Assembly: GCF_963921235.1 (NCBI RefSeq) | Contig: NC_086101.1 | Location: forward strand, 141,422,001 to 141,486,000 | DNA length: 64,000 nt | Source: Mobula hypostoma | Lineage: Eukaryota | Direction of reading: 5' to 3' | Shown: positions 63,067 through 64,000 of the stretch, piece by piece | Layout: every line of letters begins with the position of its first letter | How positions within the stretch are numbered: the first letter of the stretch is position 1 | The notes under the pieces: generated by a model | Database searches by the model: none | What the model was told of the DNA's origin: nothing | What the model saw: the letters and a program-made list of their open reading frames with translations, nothing else | Translations under genes and position numbers: made by a program

Positions 63067-63533
63067 TGAGGGGTGATTGATAAGTTCGTGGATTTTAGAA
63101 AACCCAGCACATTTATTTTTCAACATAGTCCCCTCCTACATGTACACACTTAGTCCAGCGGTCATGGAGCATACGGATCCCTTCTTTGTAGAAGTGGTCC
63201 ACAGCAGGGGTGATTGATAAGTTTGTGGCCTAAGGTAGAAGGAGATGAGATATACAGCTCTTGTTACATGCACGTGCAGTTCAACTCTTTGAGTGAAAAT
63301 GCAGAAAGTTTCAAGTTTCTCCTTATCTCCTTCTACCTTAGGCCACGAACTTATCAATCACCCCTGCTGTGGATCAGTTTCTGGAGGTGCAAGATGCCGA
63401 CTTCTACGAAGAAGGGATCCGTATGCTTCATGACCACTGGACTAAGTGTGTAAATGTAGGAAAAATAAATGTGCTAGGTTTTCTAAAACTGACTCCTTCC
63501 ACCTTAGGTCACAAACTTATCAATCACCCATCG
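63067..63533. mobile_element. Mariner-derived palindromic MITE with four TIR copies
   Basis: TA flanks. GGGGTGATTGATAAGTTYGTGG at about 63070 and 63207, with reverse complements at about 63342 and 63508. Transposase C-terminal remnant FYEEGIRMLHDHWTKCVNVG. Confidence 0.85.
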
Positions 63534-64000
63534 TATGTCTCATGCCTGGTCTTACCTTTGTTCATAACTACTGTGAAATTTATAGTTATGATCACTGTTC
63601 CCAAAATGGTCTCCCATTGAAAATCTGATCACCTGGCTAGGGTCATTACCAAACACAAGGTCTAGTATGGCCACTTCCCTAGATGTACTATCTACATACG
63701 ATGTCATGAAACCCTCTGGATGCACCTAACATCTAAGCCTCTGGCACAAAAGAAGTCCCAGTAAATAATGGGAAAATTAAATTATCCACTAAAACAACTC
63801 AGTTGATTTTACATCTTTCCATAATCCGAATACATATCTGTTTCTCCATCTCCTACAGTGTAACCCTATGGTGATTGTTGCATCTTTCTTACTTCTGAGC
63901 TCAATGCATATTGCCTCACTGGATGATCCTTCCAGAACATCATCTCCTTCTGCAGGTGACATTTTCCATGATCGGCAATTAAACTCTTTTATTGGATAGC

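Overview
Vertebrate nuclear DNA, very probably from a cartilaginous fish (shark or ray; inferred from HE1/V-type SINEs, Deu-domain SINEs and the CR1, Rex-Babar and Penelope repeat mix). Two spliced protein-coding genes converge tail-to-tail, and the ORF track largely misses both. (1) A complete C5orf63-like glutaredoxin-like gene on + (CDS 2911-3027, 4753-4809, 8132-8311; 117 aa, CTLC motif). (2) ANP32B on - (exons 2-7: 51049-51198, 40642-40764, 37331-37520, 35568-35686, 31966-32032, 30187-30260; exon 1 not found and probably beyond base 64000). The rest is dense, often nested, transposon debris: CR1 and Rex1/Babar-type LINEs, Penelope-like elements (PLEs), SINEs, and Tc1/mariner/Tigger and hAT derivatives. 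Most interesting non-genic signals: short TSD-flanked palindromic PLE derivatives carrying remnants of minimal hammerhead ribozymes, a four-TIR mariner MITE, two SINEs sharing a core but with different tails, and an unexplained inverted duplicated block in ANP32B intron 2. No prokaryotic-type system (CRISPR, operon) is present. Gene identities rest on recalled reference proteins, not a database search. Repeat boundaries without TIRs or TSDs are approximate.
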